Both the position numbers and the translations under genes were made by a program. A DNA stretch of 64,000 nucleotides from Trichoplax sp. H2 (Eukaryota): NCBI GenBank assembly GCA_003344405.1, contig NOWV01000003.1, positions 558,001-622,000 on the forward strand, written 5' to 3'. Below are positions 26,645 through 42,000 of the stretch, piece after piece. Under the pieces are notes generated by a model, which made no database searches, had not been told where the DNA came from, and saw only the letters and a list, made by a program, of their open reading frames with translations. The first letter of the stretch is position 1. Each line of letters begins with the position of its first letter.

Positions 26645-29600
26645 ATGGACGGCCTTATGCAGCTACCTGAAGACTTTACATCACAACCGCTAGGATTTAT
26701 TGCCTTAACGGGGCTCGATATTAAGTACAATGCTATCCATAGATCTATCTGGGATTCCTTTACAGTCAATAGACGACCAGATAGAGTACCATTACATTTC
26801 AATCTGCTTAGCGGAGATTACGAGTATCGAAAGCCGAAATCCAAGGTACAAAAGTTTCTTAATTTTACTGTTACTTGATGCGGTGTAAGATAACTTGTGA
26901 TCGGCTAGACTTGCGGTTGCGAATGTGCGTACACAGTGTTTGTAAAGTGTCTGTAAAACTAATTTTCCGCATATCTGTTATCTATTTACACTGTATAATA
27001 ACAGTTTTGACTAGATTGGTGCCAAAATTGGCATAGTTTCCATGATCTTTCATCATATCACGTAAATAACTCACTTGCTCTTACGCCTAACCTAACTATT
27101 GAAACCATAGACGATTGAAAGAATACCGATAACATTCTTCCATTAGCCTAAGTTTAATGCCGTACTTTACCTTCTTTTACACAGCACGAATAATTTTAAA
27201 AGCTGCATAATATAGTGAATATTGTAGGTGATCGATAATTATAATCGACGTCAATATCGTAATAACTTCATTCAAAATATTATTCAATTATTGGAGAAGA
27301 GCTACAATTACAGATTATTACTTGCGACTTGCGAGCGTATCCAGCAGTAAATCTGCAACTTTTAATCATGGACCTCTAGATCCTCTAGAACTTCAGGTTC
27401 CAGAAGTCTACGCTTTAATGTACAGCACTAAGCCCCATACCTAAAGTGCCATATATTTATTTGAATCTCGTTGTATGTTACATTCGCTATACATGAGAAA
27501 CTAGATTAAGTTAAGTAGCGTTGTGACTGTATGTTTGTCTCTGCCAGCAGTAATTGTATCCTGTAAGTTAATATTAATTAATTAAAATACGTGCAGTATA
27601 TTTCTTTAGAAGCTGACCTTGATTTTAATAATTCAGAGATCGACATATGAATGGTATATCCCAAAAGGTATTATTAAAATGGACTGGATGCAGAAACATA
27701 TCAACGAAATTCCTTCTGTCCTTGTGATATTCTACGACTTAGACTGGAATGATCCCCAATGGAAAGAGAAACAAGTTGAATGTGTATCCCGTGTAGAAAT
27801 TGCGAGGTCTGCTCTTCTTCATGTTGGCTGTCCATGTATATACAATCTTATAACTACTCTATACAAGTTTACTTGTCTATTAATATATAATCTTGCTACA
27901 ACTATAATAGGTCAAGCTTACAGGGTCGAAATACAAAAATTGCTGTCGTCCTCATTCAAACTGCTGCGCCATTACCTCCCGGTATCTTAGAATTGTCATA
28001 GGTTTATAGTTTAGCAGTTCACATTTTGTTGATGGTAATGATGAGTCAATAATCAAAACTAGCTCTCTTATTTACTAACTAAGATATATTATATTCCTGA
28101 ATCAGGTGAAGACATGGTCGCTGCTGAAAGGGCTGCTACCCTGTGCACTGCTTGTGAATTATCCTCCAAATCTTTATTCGTTTTACCACATAACCCAGAT
28201 CACCTATACGGCTATATTATTAGGTTTATCAATATTGTAGCGTGCCTTAATTGAATTTTTAAATTTCACTATACCAATTCCTTCTTTTACCTGTAACTCC
28301 CGAACCATATTGATAGACTGGAAAATGCATATTATGAGTTATCACAAGCTTATTACCATGGTGAATGTCGTCGAGTTAAATCACGCAAGGTATATAACTT
28401 GCTGTGATAAAATAATTCTTACACTTGATGATGATTGAACAACTAAAAATCTAATATTTATAAATGTTTAAATTATTAGGAATTATTAAACAAGCAAAAA
28501 CACGAAGTATGTAAAGAAGATAGCCATTAGACTACCAGCACGTTTAATAGACATTTGGATAATGCTTTATTAACCGTAACTGATACGAGATAAAGTTACC
28601 TTTAAGTGGTTATTTGACAGAATTATAAATATTTCGTAGGTTTTAATCGTGCGTCATCAATTTAAGATTGCGTTCTTCTGCGAGCTTAGGCAAGATCGAA
28701 CATCCGCATTAAAGTAATTTGAGCTGACAATGGTCACTACGAAATTGTATAAAATCTAAGAGGCTATTGCAATATTTGACATAAACGAGTTAGCTTAAAT
28801 GGTAAAGCGGATACATTTCATTTCTACAGACATTATAAACTGGCTTATAGCAACTTAAAAGAGCTCGAACCCAATTACCGGAACATGTTGGAAACCAAAC
28901 TGTGTGCTAGTTTTTTTAATTACAAGGTATAAATACCATTGAATTAAATTTTATGAAATTGAATCCATATTATAGTTAGACTCTCTGTATTAGTATAATT
29001 TAATCTATTATACCCTCTACGATAAGATTTGTAGATTATGCTTTTTGGATGGTAGCCCAGTAGACGCTATCGCACAATTTCGTAGCCACGTAGATTACTT
29101 TAAGAAAAAGAGTGGCTATGCAGAACTAGCATTCATTGATGCTGCCTGGATATCGCACCAGTAAGATAATATTCCAATAAATCATGTTTTACTGTCTCTG
29201 TATAAAAATTTTTAATACTATAATATAGGTATAGTATATTTGGCGACCTCTTTGATGAAGCTGTTAAAAATGGTTTAGATGCCATCCAAGTTAGTAATGG
29301 CTAGACTAATGAAGTTTTCGTACCATTTTGATCACGTATATTTCACAAAGCATGGGATACAATGATATTTATACGTATACCTACTTTCCAGACTCAACAT
29401 CCAGGTTTTTATTACCAATACGCCGCCTGTTGTGCTATATTCAGGAAGCAATTATGTCACGATCTATGCCAGGTAAAATTAGACTATTACAGTAGCATAC
29501 GCAATCGTATTTAGTGCATTCGAATCAACCTAATGCAAAATGGAATACTAATTTAATAGGCGGCTGCAATGTTCCCTGTGCAAAATACATCTGAAACTAC

Positions 29601-32600
29601 TAAATATGTAAATTATTATGGGCAAAGAGTATGGAATCAGGGATATCATAGTATGAGTCAATGACAATACTTAAATATAGAATTTAGATTAAATCATTAA
29701 AAGATGTTAAAATTAATTTAAATTTCATAGCGGAAGCCTCTGATGCAGATTTCGAGAAAGCTGGTATATTGGCAGTTCAAACTGAGGAACTAAAAGTTGA
29801 TCATTCCTATATCATAATTCAGTTATTTAGTAAAGCAGTTAGTCAATTCAAGAAGTACAAGTCCAGTCGAATGAGAAGACATCTTAGTAAATATTTAGTT
29901 TCGTATACAGATAGCTACTCCACGAATTCTTCACGTACGCATTTTTACAACTTTATGTTATTGATAGCTTTTTTGTCATACTGTTCAATATTAGTGATTA
30001 AAATGGCAGAAGAATACTATCATGCCAAGGATTATGTCAAAGCTTTGGCGTAAGTAAAATTTTATCAGTTCTAAATATTAATCTGTTATTTAGTGAGTAT
30101 GCTATATCTTGGTATTATCAGATTGCTTGATCGCGTAGCTCCGGATTATCGTAGTGAGAAATGGTGGGATCTATTAACTGCCGTTCTAAATTTATGGTTA
30201 AAGTTAGTTCGTGACTTAACTCTGCATGTGTTTTATTAAGCGAAGAGACGTTAACTTCTAAACTAGTTAATACTGTATTGTCTATCACATGGTAGATGTG
30301 CATATCTCCTCTCTGATGTACAAAACTATGTCACTGTTTGTGTTGAAATGATATCAAAACGTAAGTAAACCTCTATTTAGCCGATTGTGATGGCTATTAC
30401 GTTAACTATTAAAGTCTTTCTATTTCAATGTTTCAGCATCTATAACAATAACAGTTTCTTTTCATGTCAGATTCTACTAGTGATATCAACAGTAAATCTC
30501 GAATTCAAAAAAATCTTCTTAACATCATCCAGGTAATAATGACCTTATAATAACTGTAGACTTTAATGTAACGAAGTATCTAGAATTTGAGATATTACTA
30601 TCATTAGGGAAAACAGCCTGATCCTGAGAGTGATTTAAGTGCAGTGTCGGTTGAGGAAGCATCTAAACTCTGGATACAAAAATTTGCTATGATTATGGCT
30701 CCTATGCCAGCTTTCGACATCGACATCTCTCAATTAGCATCATTTGGTAAATGGTGTAACTAAAATTCTTATTAATTCTATCCCTCTACGCAATAACCAA
30801 TGATCAAATTTAAAAAACTAATAAGGATGAGTAACACTGATGTAGCTCATTTTTGAACATCGTCTTCTCAATAATTTTACGTTACATATTAGTGGAATGC
30901 AAAGTTAGCTTCGGGACTTCTTCATTCACGGCAGATGTTCCTATTATGATCAATGTATACTTGAGGTAATTCTATGCTTTTTGATAAATTCCCATACATA
31001 GCAAAACTTAACGTACATGATTTTTAAATTTTAATTGTAAAATCTTCTGGCTAGGTCTTCTTCTCCTCTGCCAATACGCTTTCACAGATTGTCGCTGAAA
31101 TTCAATATTGAGGTATAAAAATCCGCATGTTAATAACATATCATTATCAATATGGTGGTGCAAATAACGAAGTGTTTTGACTTTATAGGAATACAATAAT
31201 GTATGTAGTATAATAAATAAAGATACTGATAACGAGGAAAGTCTATTACTGATTCCAAATCAGTTGAAATGCGTTACGTTTAAATTTGTTGCTCGCTCTG
31301 AAGATGTTGGTGAGTCATTAGAGGTGAGTGTAAAATTAACATAATGCACTTTACTCTTATCAGGTTATAAATATACGCTTATCTTATTGACGCATAGTGT
31401 CAAACTGCTTCTTTACAACTTGGGGACGAAAAATCCTATAATATTGTCATGACTTGGAATACCAGTAGCTCAGCTCTTACTACCCCCACTCCAATTTTAC
31501 TGTCAAATGTTACTAATCATCCGGAGGTTTTGTCTTTTGATCAGATTCAAGCAAAGCCTGCCACCAAGTATAGTTTGACTAATTCTATTTAAATCATTCT
31601 TAAACTAATTCTCATTAAGTCCTTTTGGTTTCTATTTGTTCTTCAGGCTTACTTCTAGGAAACCGTTAATTGATCTAAAATTGCAGCATGAACCTCCTGC
31701 TTTAGTGAATGAATATTATTCAGTTAAACTATTGATTCAAAATGATGAAAAGGCAGAAATTTCGGATGTTAGGTCAGTTGTCATTGACTGTATTTTATAC
31801 AAATCTAAGAGCAATAAATTTGATAAAAAATTTGCTCGATGTATTGGAAATTTAAAACTAATTATATGGGTACGCTCTGATTTTACTTCATTAGCCTTGC
31901 GATTGGATTTTCTCAGAACCAGGATGGATCTCAACCGCCAAATAGTAAGACAACAGTTTAATTTTTTTGCTGTTGAGCGATTTATTAAGTGTGATTTATG
32001 CCTTGCATTTACAGCATGGCTTTGTATAGATAACATATCAGATAGCTCAACACATTCGAAATCAGTTAAAGATATTCATATTAATAACATTACATCAGGA
32101 GAAAAGGTACGCAAAAAATAGATAATTGTGATTAAAATTACAATAATTCATATCTAATCGATGAAGAGATAATTGCGACGTTTCTACTTTATTCTTATAT
32201 ATGATTGGGTATTGCTAGGTATCAAAATTGCTGTTCGTTAAATGCCAAAGTAATGGACAGAGGGTTATTTCAGTCAAGGTAAGTTACATTATTTACAGTT
32301 GTTCTATATTACACTGAATATCGTCTTCGCTTCATCACGGGTTAGCGTATTGACCAATGAATTAACTTATGTGTAATAGATTACCTACAAAATTAATATT
32401 GAAGTTGACGGCAAAGTTACTGAATGTAAATGTAAACAGGTCACGATCAGTAATTTATTGTATACTGTAATATGCTACTGATTGTGTATCCGATAACATA
32501 TTTACCTATAGCCACTTCTGTTTAATTTTACATAGACTGATAGTGTAACGATTGAAACGGCCATCCCTTTTGAGACGGTAATCAACACGGCAACAACGGA

Positions 32601-33879
32601 GGTAGGACCAACTAAAATGATCGACATTTAAACTATTAATTTTTGGATACTAAATTTATCTTAAATTTTTGAATTCAGTTAACTAAAGTTGATGCGTTAT
32701 GTGCCAATGAACCATATTTCATTATGGCCTGCTTAAAGAGCGTTTCACCTTGGCCTATTACCATCCTTAACTCTACTTTCAACCTAATCAACCAATTCGA
32801 ATCTGTTGATACTGATACACAGTCACAACTATCCAACGGTGCGTACTAGCAACTGAGGTCCTATAAAATTCTTATAATTTCATAGCAAGCAACTTTGTAA
32901 GTAATACTACAATGACAACTGTTACATTTTAGTTTCACTACAAAAGAGTGAAGAAGCTAGGGAATGCTTCGCTATAAAATATAAAGGATCAATAGAAAAG
33001 TCAAAATTAAACATTGGAAAATTACGTATTAATTGGAAAAGGTATAGTTGAGAATTTAATTGCGGTCGTTAATATTACTTTTGCTGACCCCAGAATATTT
33101 TCGTAATAAGGAGTAAACAAGAATATCAGCAACCTGAAATTGAAACTGACATTACACTACCTACTGTCCTAATTGATACGTCCCCAATATATATTGTTAT
33201 AGGTATAATCAATTCATGATATCTACTACAGTAATTACTGAAATAACGATTAAATTTCTATTACTGAAGTAATTAAATAAAATATTTCTCAGTAATGTAT
33301 ATAACCTAATTCTATACTGATCTTCCAAGATAAACCAGCTTATGGTTGTTTGAGGACAGCTCTACCCGTAACTTACGAACTTCATAATAGAACTAATCTG
33401 GTGCAAGAAGTAGAAATAAACATTGATCCATGTGAATCTTTCATGTTTACCGGACTAAAACAGGTAAAGCACGTAATTTGAAGTAACCATGTTCATTCTA
33501 AACGTACTTTCATCATTAATTCGACTACGTGTACGTACTGTCACTTCTAGGTCAACCTTCGAATTCTACCTTCTGATATCCACGCACTTAGGTACGTAAT
33601 GTATCCTCTAACGACGGGCTACGTAACTTTACCTCGCCTCAAGTTGAATCTACCAAGATATCAAAGCAACGATTCTTTAGGCAAAGCCACAATTGCTGCG
33701 CAAGTTCTGGTTAAGGTAATAATTTGAATAATAATACACTAGTACTCCCTTCCCTTATCAATATTATAATTCTGAAGGGTTATGTAAAATCTATGCCTAA
33801 CTGGATCATTTTTCTATCCATTTTGCAGCCTTCCAGTCGAAAAATTCAAACCGATAACAGTATTAGTAACACAATTTAA
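26645..33879 (+). CDS. TRAPPC11: Trafficking protein particle complex subunit 11 (foie gras/gryzun), many short exons
   Basis: [19 protein letters not shown]...[98 protein letters not shown]. An in-frame ATG at 26573 is an alternative start. Confidence 0.96.
27367..27412. mobile_element. Degenerate ultra-short TIR element in TRAPPC11 intron 1
   Basis: catggacctc...gaagtctacg. Flanks ttttaat/ctttaat. Confidence 0.35.
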
Positions 33880-36032
33880 AAATAACAGTAATAATGCCTA
33901 ATAGTTTTTACTAAGCATAGAAAAAATGAATATTTATATTATTGAGCGAATTGTTATTGATGCAACGATATTGTAAAGAAAAGCTTAATCCCGTCTGTAA
34001 GACAATGCACGTTCATTATGTGGGGTAACGGCATTTTTTATGATACTTTAAATAATCAAGATTTGAAAATCAGAAGTGACTTCTAAAGATTATTTTACGC
34101 AAATTTTTTACATCGCACCTTTCCATTCTACCTCTTCAACAGCAATTAAACAGCTATGTCTTGTTTACATATATAAAATGTTACGATAGCAATCTCAGTA
34201 CAGGTCTCAATCTGCAAAACAGGTGTAAGTAGTTTTACTTTTTATGTTGTTAAGCTACAATCGAATTAATCTCGTTGCCGTCTTACTTTGATGATGCTAT
34301 CATTTACATATCATTCTCCTAATTTCTAATTATATTTCGAATATTACAATAAATCCTGTCTGTGGAAATTTTCTAACTGTGATAATAGCGCTCCTATCAA
34401 TACTTGATGTTATGTCATATCACTTTTTTTTTTAATAGTCGCTATGACGATATACTGTAAATACAAGAAGATGCAGGCGTTCTGATTAGTAAACGTACAT
34501 AGAAAATCTGTAAATAAGCAATAAGCATGTTTAGTAGCAGCATTTCGTTTTATAAATATGAACCTCTGCTTACCGTATTCTCCTCCATTCCCCATTATAT
34601 CCATACAAAATTTCATTTATAGTAATCAAGACCGACTACGAATGATAATTATAATTTACTAAATGTTTTAATAAAAGACTACTGCTTATACAGTAGTTAC
34701 ATACACACGGCACTATTATTATCCAAGTAGTTGTAGCATGTAAATGATCTTAACGTACGTTAACCATGAATAATTAATGCAATCCCCCACTGCTATAAAT
34801 AGTTGAATTCGTTGTCACGCCACGAATAGTATATAGTATAATGAAATAATATACATGGCAATTCTTAAGCTTATGCCAGACGCCTTACATCGTAAACTGC
34901 AAAGCAGCCTGTCTAATTCTATATATACTGTACAGTGTGTATCAATTATGTTGAACATTCTAAAGAACATTAGCATCAATATTGATCTGAAACGTCTATC
35001 AGTGAACGAATTAGACTATGGCTAGTATCAATTTGAACAACTTTAAATTTATTAACTTTACTAACACAGATGAAAATATTAAGCAAACGCTAACAACGAA
35101 CATTTCAAAACTTTTGTTATTCTTTATCTTGATTTTGATTTCGCAATTATAGAATTCAATTAAACAAAATCTGACCATAAAACATCAAGGAATTACCCAT
35201 AATTGCTTAATTAATCATATATTATTCAGATATGTATTTAATACGCAATTTTAATTTAAACTTTGGAGTCATTTTTATCGCGATTGTTGACCGCCTGCAG
35301 TATAACCAATTATCTCTGCGCTCAATTTACCGAGAATACGTGATTCTATCGTTGTTTGCTAAATAGAGCAACAACTTATTGTACTTTTATTGTGCAATCT
35401 AAGTTACTATAGAAGAAACAATCCTATTCAGATTCTCTAAAGCTTAATCAATATAATTTTACAATTAGTAAACTATAGTAGATTTTGAAAACATTGACAA
35501 CGCTTTACGCGTGATAAGAGGACAATTTCAGCAAAACTGTATCAATGGTTATAAACAACCATCCGCAACACTATCATCTATTTCTAACCATAATAACGTA
35601 TCGTACGATACACAGAAAGTTGTTATAAACTTAAGGCAGATTGCATAGAAGATTAAGTAAAATACTTGAAATCATTTATGCCTAAGGCTATATTCCATTG
35701 ATAACGTTTCACTTCAAAACAAGCCCCAGACAACGTCGAATAATTTTCAAGACGCGTGATTGTCTACCTTCTTCTCAGCAAGATGGCGCCTAACAGCGCA
35801 TTACACAATAGACTATTCAAAAAACTATTACGATGAAAAGGAAAAATCACTATTTACTTTATTTTGATTTTATGTTAGATTAATAAATCCCATTTACAGT
35901 TTATCATTAACCGATTAGTTCATTACTTCATAAATCGCTGTAACAATACATTGCTAGCCACAGCACAAAATCTCCCCTATTCGTGCGAAAAACTACTTTT
36001 CACCATTTCATCACCAGTTTTACGAGCTCAAA

Positions 36033-39000
36033 ATGATCCCCAAATTTTATATTTTCCTCCTGGTAATATACTCTTTGACAGGTAAAGATAGATTAAAAAA
36101 AGCCTTATCATATTACAACTAAATGCTTACAATTTCAGGCTTTATTCAACAGCATCAATAATCACAGATAAGTATCCGTTTTATAATGCAATTAGATCAT
36201 CAGAGAGTCTATTACCAATAAAAAAGTAACAATTTATTCGTAAACTATATAGCGAACTTCGTCTTGCTGTTAATATTGCTTTCGCCTGATAGATAAATGA
36301 TTTAATTAGTGAGAAGTTAAAGAATCAGAAATCATTACTTCTCCACAATAACTATGTCATAACAATGATCATCATTATAATGACCACGGGAACAACCAGT
36401 TTATGTACAGATTTCATCGTTCGAAGTCGCCATTTCTCTTCACTCTATTGAATTATCTATCCACTATTTTTACACAGCAAAAAGAAATTAAGAATATTTG
36501 TTTTAAACCATCCGAAATTGTTTGACAAGATTTTTATTTTAGTATCTCGCTTCTTTGAAATAAGGAATATTACTAAAAGCTAAAAGCATATAGACACTAA
36601 GAGCGGTATCAGCACACCATCTTTATGAGTACTCCCTCATTTGAGCTGCAAATATACAATTACAGTATATCTCACTTGTTGGCTTACTCCTAACATCACC
36701 TCTAAATATTCGTTACCATCATGAACTTCATTTAAACGAAAATTTGGGGATTAATATGAAATCCGCTATAAACATGTGAAAAATAACGTATGCACCCATT
36801 TGGCCGGTTGCATATATTCGTTAATAATCTATTTTTAATAGCTATATAAATGTATCGTTATCTACCTTATCCTTAATATATTACATATACCGTGTACGTG
36901 TACCATGTGCATAAAATTCTATTAGTAAGATTTAACAGTTTATATCCTGATAACGATTAGAAAATTACATTATTGGTAACTTCTTGGTTAAAGTACCCGG
37001 CATAACATGAGATTATGTACGAAAAATACATTTTACAAATGAGCACGTAAATCATCTATTATCTTGTATTATTTAGCATGGGGACAATGTCCTACCCAGT
37101 GCTCATGTCCTAATTCCCATACAATCTCCTGTACTGGACCAAATATTACCCAAATGCCAACTGGATCAGATATTGTGGCTGGTGCTCGAGTATTGTGAGT
37201 GTATTTATTTAATAACTTGATAAAAATATATCTATGTGTCTGCATTAATCTAAATAAAGTGAAGAAAGATTATTGATTAAATATGGTAGTAAGACTAAAG
37301 TGAATAGATATATGATCAGGTATGCATTTTTATAATTCTAGCACTCTTAAGATGAGACTAATAATGTCTTGCTTCATGCATACTTAGTCTTATAACTCTA
37401 AATTAATGCTACTTGGTTATTCAAAGTCTTATATTTGATTTTATAAGCTACATTTCTGATAACCTTTCCATAAATCAAAATTTTAAAACGCTATGTGTTG
37501 TATTTATATCTATTTTACATATATAAATACCTCTTAAATGAAACTGAATTAAAGGTTTGTAAAGTATCTTGAGTTTTGTGTAAAAACTTGTTTTCTCCTT
37601 TATTAGCTATCTGAAAAACACGGCTATAACAACAATTGCTGCCAATAGCTTCCTCAACTTTGCCAATATAACGGAATTGTATGTATTCTTGATATAGATA
37701 TTTTAGATTCATGTCAACTGGTCATTTACCCTTGAGTTCTGTTGTAATATTATTTCCCTTTCACAGAACCATCTCCAACAACCTTATGTTGGGCAGTTTC
37801 GATGTGGGTGCTTTTAATGGTCTAAGTAAATTGGAAATACTGTAAGAAAGCAAGTCAATAGATGACGATAATTTAAAATGCTTTCTATAAACTAAGTACA
37901 AAGGAGACTTATTTTAGTCGAGTTAGGGTATTTAGTTTACGCTTTACCTAAACAGTTAAATGACCTACTTTATAACCGAAATAAAATAAATTGGAGCAAA
38001 ACGATATAAATTCCAGTTACCCTAGATGTGACTAAAGTCAGAAAATGAATCACCGTGATACAAAGAAATAATTTATTTAATTAATATTGATTATTGCATT
38101 ATCAATTCTACCGCTACGTTTTAGCCTTGCCACTAATAATAGACTAAGTCAAATTGGTAACGGCGTTTTTAATGGCCTTAACATGGTTAACACGATGTAA
38201 GATTTTCATATTTAACACAATTACTGCATAGTTCTTTAATTATACAGAAAGCTAACATTTACGTAAAAAATCTCATAAAGGTAACTTCTTGATTCAGGTC
38301 TATAAAGCGCTAACACATGATATTTATAAAACTTTTTGAATCGATAATTTAATTATAGAGATTTAAGTCATAACGTCATTGCTAGCCTGGATACTAAAGC
38401 TTTCAACTTCACTACTAAACTTCAAACTCTGTAAGGCTAGCCACACCGCTACTGAATATTTAACTTACAGTATAATACGATAAATTAAAATCAGTAAATT
38501 AACAACCTGAAAGAAAGTTGTGATTTAACTAATATGACTATTAGGCAAGAAGTTAATCCAAGAAGAATAATCTTAATCATTTATTACAATAAACAACGAA
38601 GATATGTTAAATTTTCATTAGGATTCTTATGATAGAATTCATGATATTAATTTTATAACAGTGTATTGACAAATAACACTCTACAAACCATTCAAGCCAA
38701 TACATTTCAAGCCTTGAGCCAGCTATCGATACTGTAATGGCAATAAGAGAATGATTGAACTATCTAAAAAGATTTGTTTATAATTACATTATAATCCACT
38801 AATGACATTCAACCAATGCAGCCGACTATATTCAATTTAAATTTTAAATTAGGAATATCGATATGAATCAAATCACTGCATTTGCCGACAATGCCTTTAC
38901 CGGACTTGTTGGATTAAGCATCCTGTGCATAAACTAAAATTTGCTTTACATAAAGTTTTTCAGCTTTTTGAACTGAGATTGCTATAGAATTTTAATTGAC

Positions 39001-42000
39001 TCTCGCTTAATAATTTGTTAGTCGATTGTCCGACAATATGCTGACATCTTTAAAGAATGCAACATTTGCTGGAATTGGAATAAGTTTATCAACGCTGTAA
39101 TACCAATTTATGTCTGTTTTTAACTAGCCAATTCTTTGATCGTTTTCGAATGTATTAGGAGAAAGACTATACCCACCTATACATCTACTTTATCTTCATT
39201 CTCTAGGTCTGTGAATAATAATCTTTTATCCTCAATTGAGCCCGGATGCCTATCTTCTTTCACTAGGCTAAGATCATTGTAATATAAGCTAGCTCTCCTT
39301 TATAATAATTTATTAATCTAAATCATTTAACTAGTAAATTTCAAATACACCACACTACAGCATTAATTTATGTTTAGGTTTATGCTTCTTAATTTTTCTA
39401 AAGTAATCAGCGCCTTAGTTGGTATTATTTCGAAAATAGCTGCAATTCGCAATACTATTTGATTTTGATTCTCAATCGGCTTTATAATTTATTTGTTCAT
39501 CACTTACTGTAGTTATTACCTTTACGGATAAAAACAAATATCAATATCATATAAATATTTACAATCTAGAATAGATCGACACATAATTGCGTTAAAACGT
39601 AAAGTGAATATTGTACGAATAAACATTTTTTATCACTTTCATATGAATACGATTATTATTTCAGAAAATTAGTAAAACTTATAAAATAGAACAAGTATAG
39701 ATTGTTAAAACCTATGATGGACTTCGTAATCGTCCGATATTGATCGTATCTATCTGATTAATTATAGGTACCTAAAGAATAATTCTTTGAATCAACTTCA
39801 AGACGGATCTTTTGGGAGCTTAACTCGATTATTTACTCTGTAAATTGATACCATAATTTTTTCGTTAGTCATTATGCTTCGATATCAGAAATATTAGTCT
39901 GCTACAGGCTTAATGAAGTGAAAAAAATACTATTCCATTTTATTGTCAGTAGTAAAGTTGCAGATCAAAAAACAATTAAGATGTTTTGTAAAATACAACT
40001 ATTAATTGCATTATCTTCTGTTTTTATATTATGTAACAGAGATATCAGCTACAACAGGCTTATGGTCTTTAATAGAAATATACTGGGGAGCGCAAGCAAT
40101 TTAAGGGGACTGTATGTTGACTATATGTAGCTTTGAGAGCTGATTGTATAATAATTATAGTGTCTATTAAATATCAGAATTTGTAGATTCTGTAAATTAT
40201 ATTTTTTATCAATATCAAGTAAAGTAATTATAATAGCCAACCATGTCAAAGTAGTGCACGTCAATAAAAATACTCGAGACAAAAATTTACTGCTATAGAT
40301 GTACATACCCGTATTACGAAAGGGCATAGGAATAACACTATTAGAGTATTAGATTTCTTGCTTCTGTTTCTCTTCTTGTAACATTGTCACGACTAATTTA
40401 AAGAAAACTGTAAGTAACATATAATAACTTAGAGAAATTAGTGTGGTCTTAAAATTTTCATGACTTGGTAAGAAAATTATTTACTAGTTTTTGTTTTCGT
40501 GTGACTGCTAAACATTAACTATGATTAAATAGATGGGAAAATTACTGATTTGCCACTATATAATTTCACATTTACCAATGTGCCATTACAAATTTCATAT
40601 TTACCAATATGCCATTGCACTCATTTCCTTTCGAGGAAGCTTCATTACCTGAGATAACTCGCCTAGTTCCCGCGTTGTGCTAAGTCACCTTGATAATTTA
40701 CTAGCATCGCTAAAGTTTTCCGACATATTTTTAAAATTAAATTACGTCTTAATTCATTAGATAGTGGTATTTGTAGCTCTTTCTACAGTTCAGAAGTAAT
40801 AAATCGTATGTAGTTTCTAATTGAAATGAACGATGGAAAAGCAATATATTGTTCTTGAGATATAATGAAATTTCAATATTCTTCGAATCTTTGAAGACGA
40901 AATTTTAGAATACTCGATGATACATATCAGCTTGATGCTCATAACCATTGAAATCTTGCTAAATAGACCGATATCCTTATTCTAACAGCTATCTTAATGG
41001 AAATAAATTATCTAACTTTAATGGCACCGGATTTAAAGACCTAAACAGATTGTCAGCATTGTATGTATTTGCTATTAATTTATGCAAGAATTTTTAATTT
41101 TGACTGCTGTGATAAGAACTATTATGAAAACATTTTATAAATATTCTCAAGGATTGATATTTTTAATTCATATAATAAAAATACCAAAGTCTTTCTTTTA
41201 TTAATTTTTCAAACGAAAGGTACTTGGATCACAATGATTTTACATACATCAAGGCTTCAGATTTTAGTCAACTTAAAATACGATCTTTGTAAGTAATAAT
41301 TTTATAACCGTGCGTGTTTGTAGGTACTGTATATATCATAATATAACGCATACTACTACTACATATACTTAATTACTGCACATGACATGATTAAATTTTT
41401 AATTAAATAGGTTACTGACACTATCAGTAATTTCTATTAATATACTTTTTATCTTTCAATTTTAATAAAAATTATAATGGCTTATATGAGTTTAATGTGA
41501 TATTCAACAACATGACTGCAGTAATAATTAATACATTACTAATTTGCTAAAAACTTGTTAGTAGAGAGTACATATCTCAATCTAATCATTCTATCTCATG
41601 TTTTATTATAGCTTTAAAACTTGATGTAATAAAATACCGTTTATTTGCTTTGAGTGTCAACATTGTCGAGATTTTAGCTTAGTAATAGGCTATGAATTTA
41701 TATTCTATTTACATCACGTATTGTATAAAGTGAAATTTATAATCCATTTCTTAATAAACATTTTAAATGTTTCTAGAACTATGAGCCACAACAAAATAGA
41801 ACAGATTGAGAATCAAGCATTTGCTGGAATGACTTTCCTATCACAACTGTATGTTGCTACTGTAGTAATTCGCCTGCTGTATAAACTAGAATACGGTATC
41901 AATTATCAGGTTAAAATCACATGCGGATAGTACATCAGTATTTTGGTTAATTAATTAATTTAGCTATTTAAACGTTTTTATATAAATAATTTCACCATTA

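Noticed and set aside
40561..40620. ~30-bp tandem duplication in an LRR gene intron
   Set aside because: Simple local duplication with no further structure
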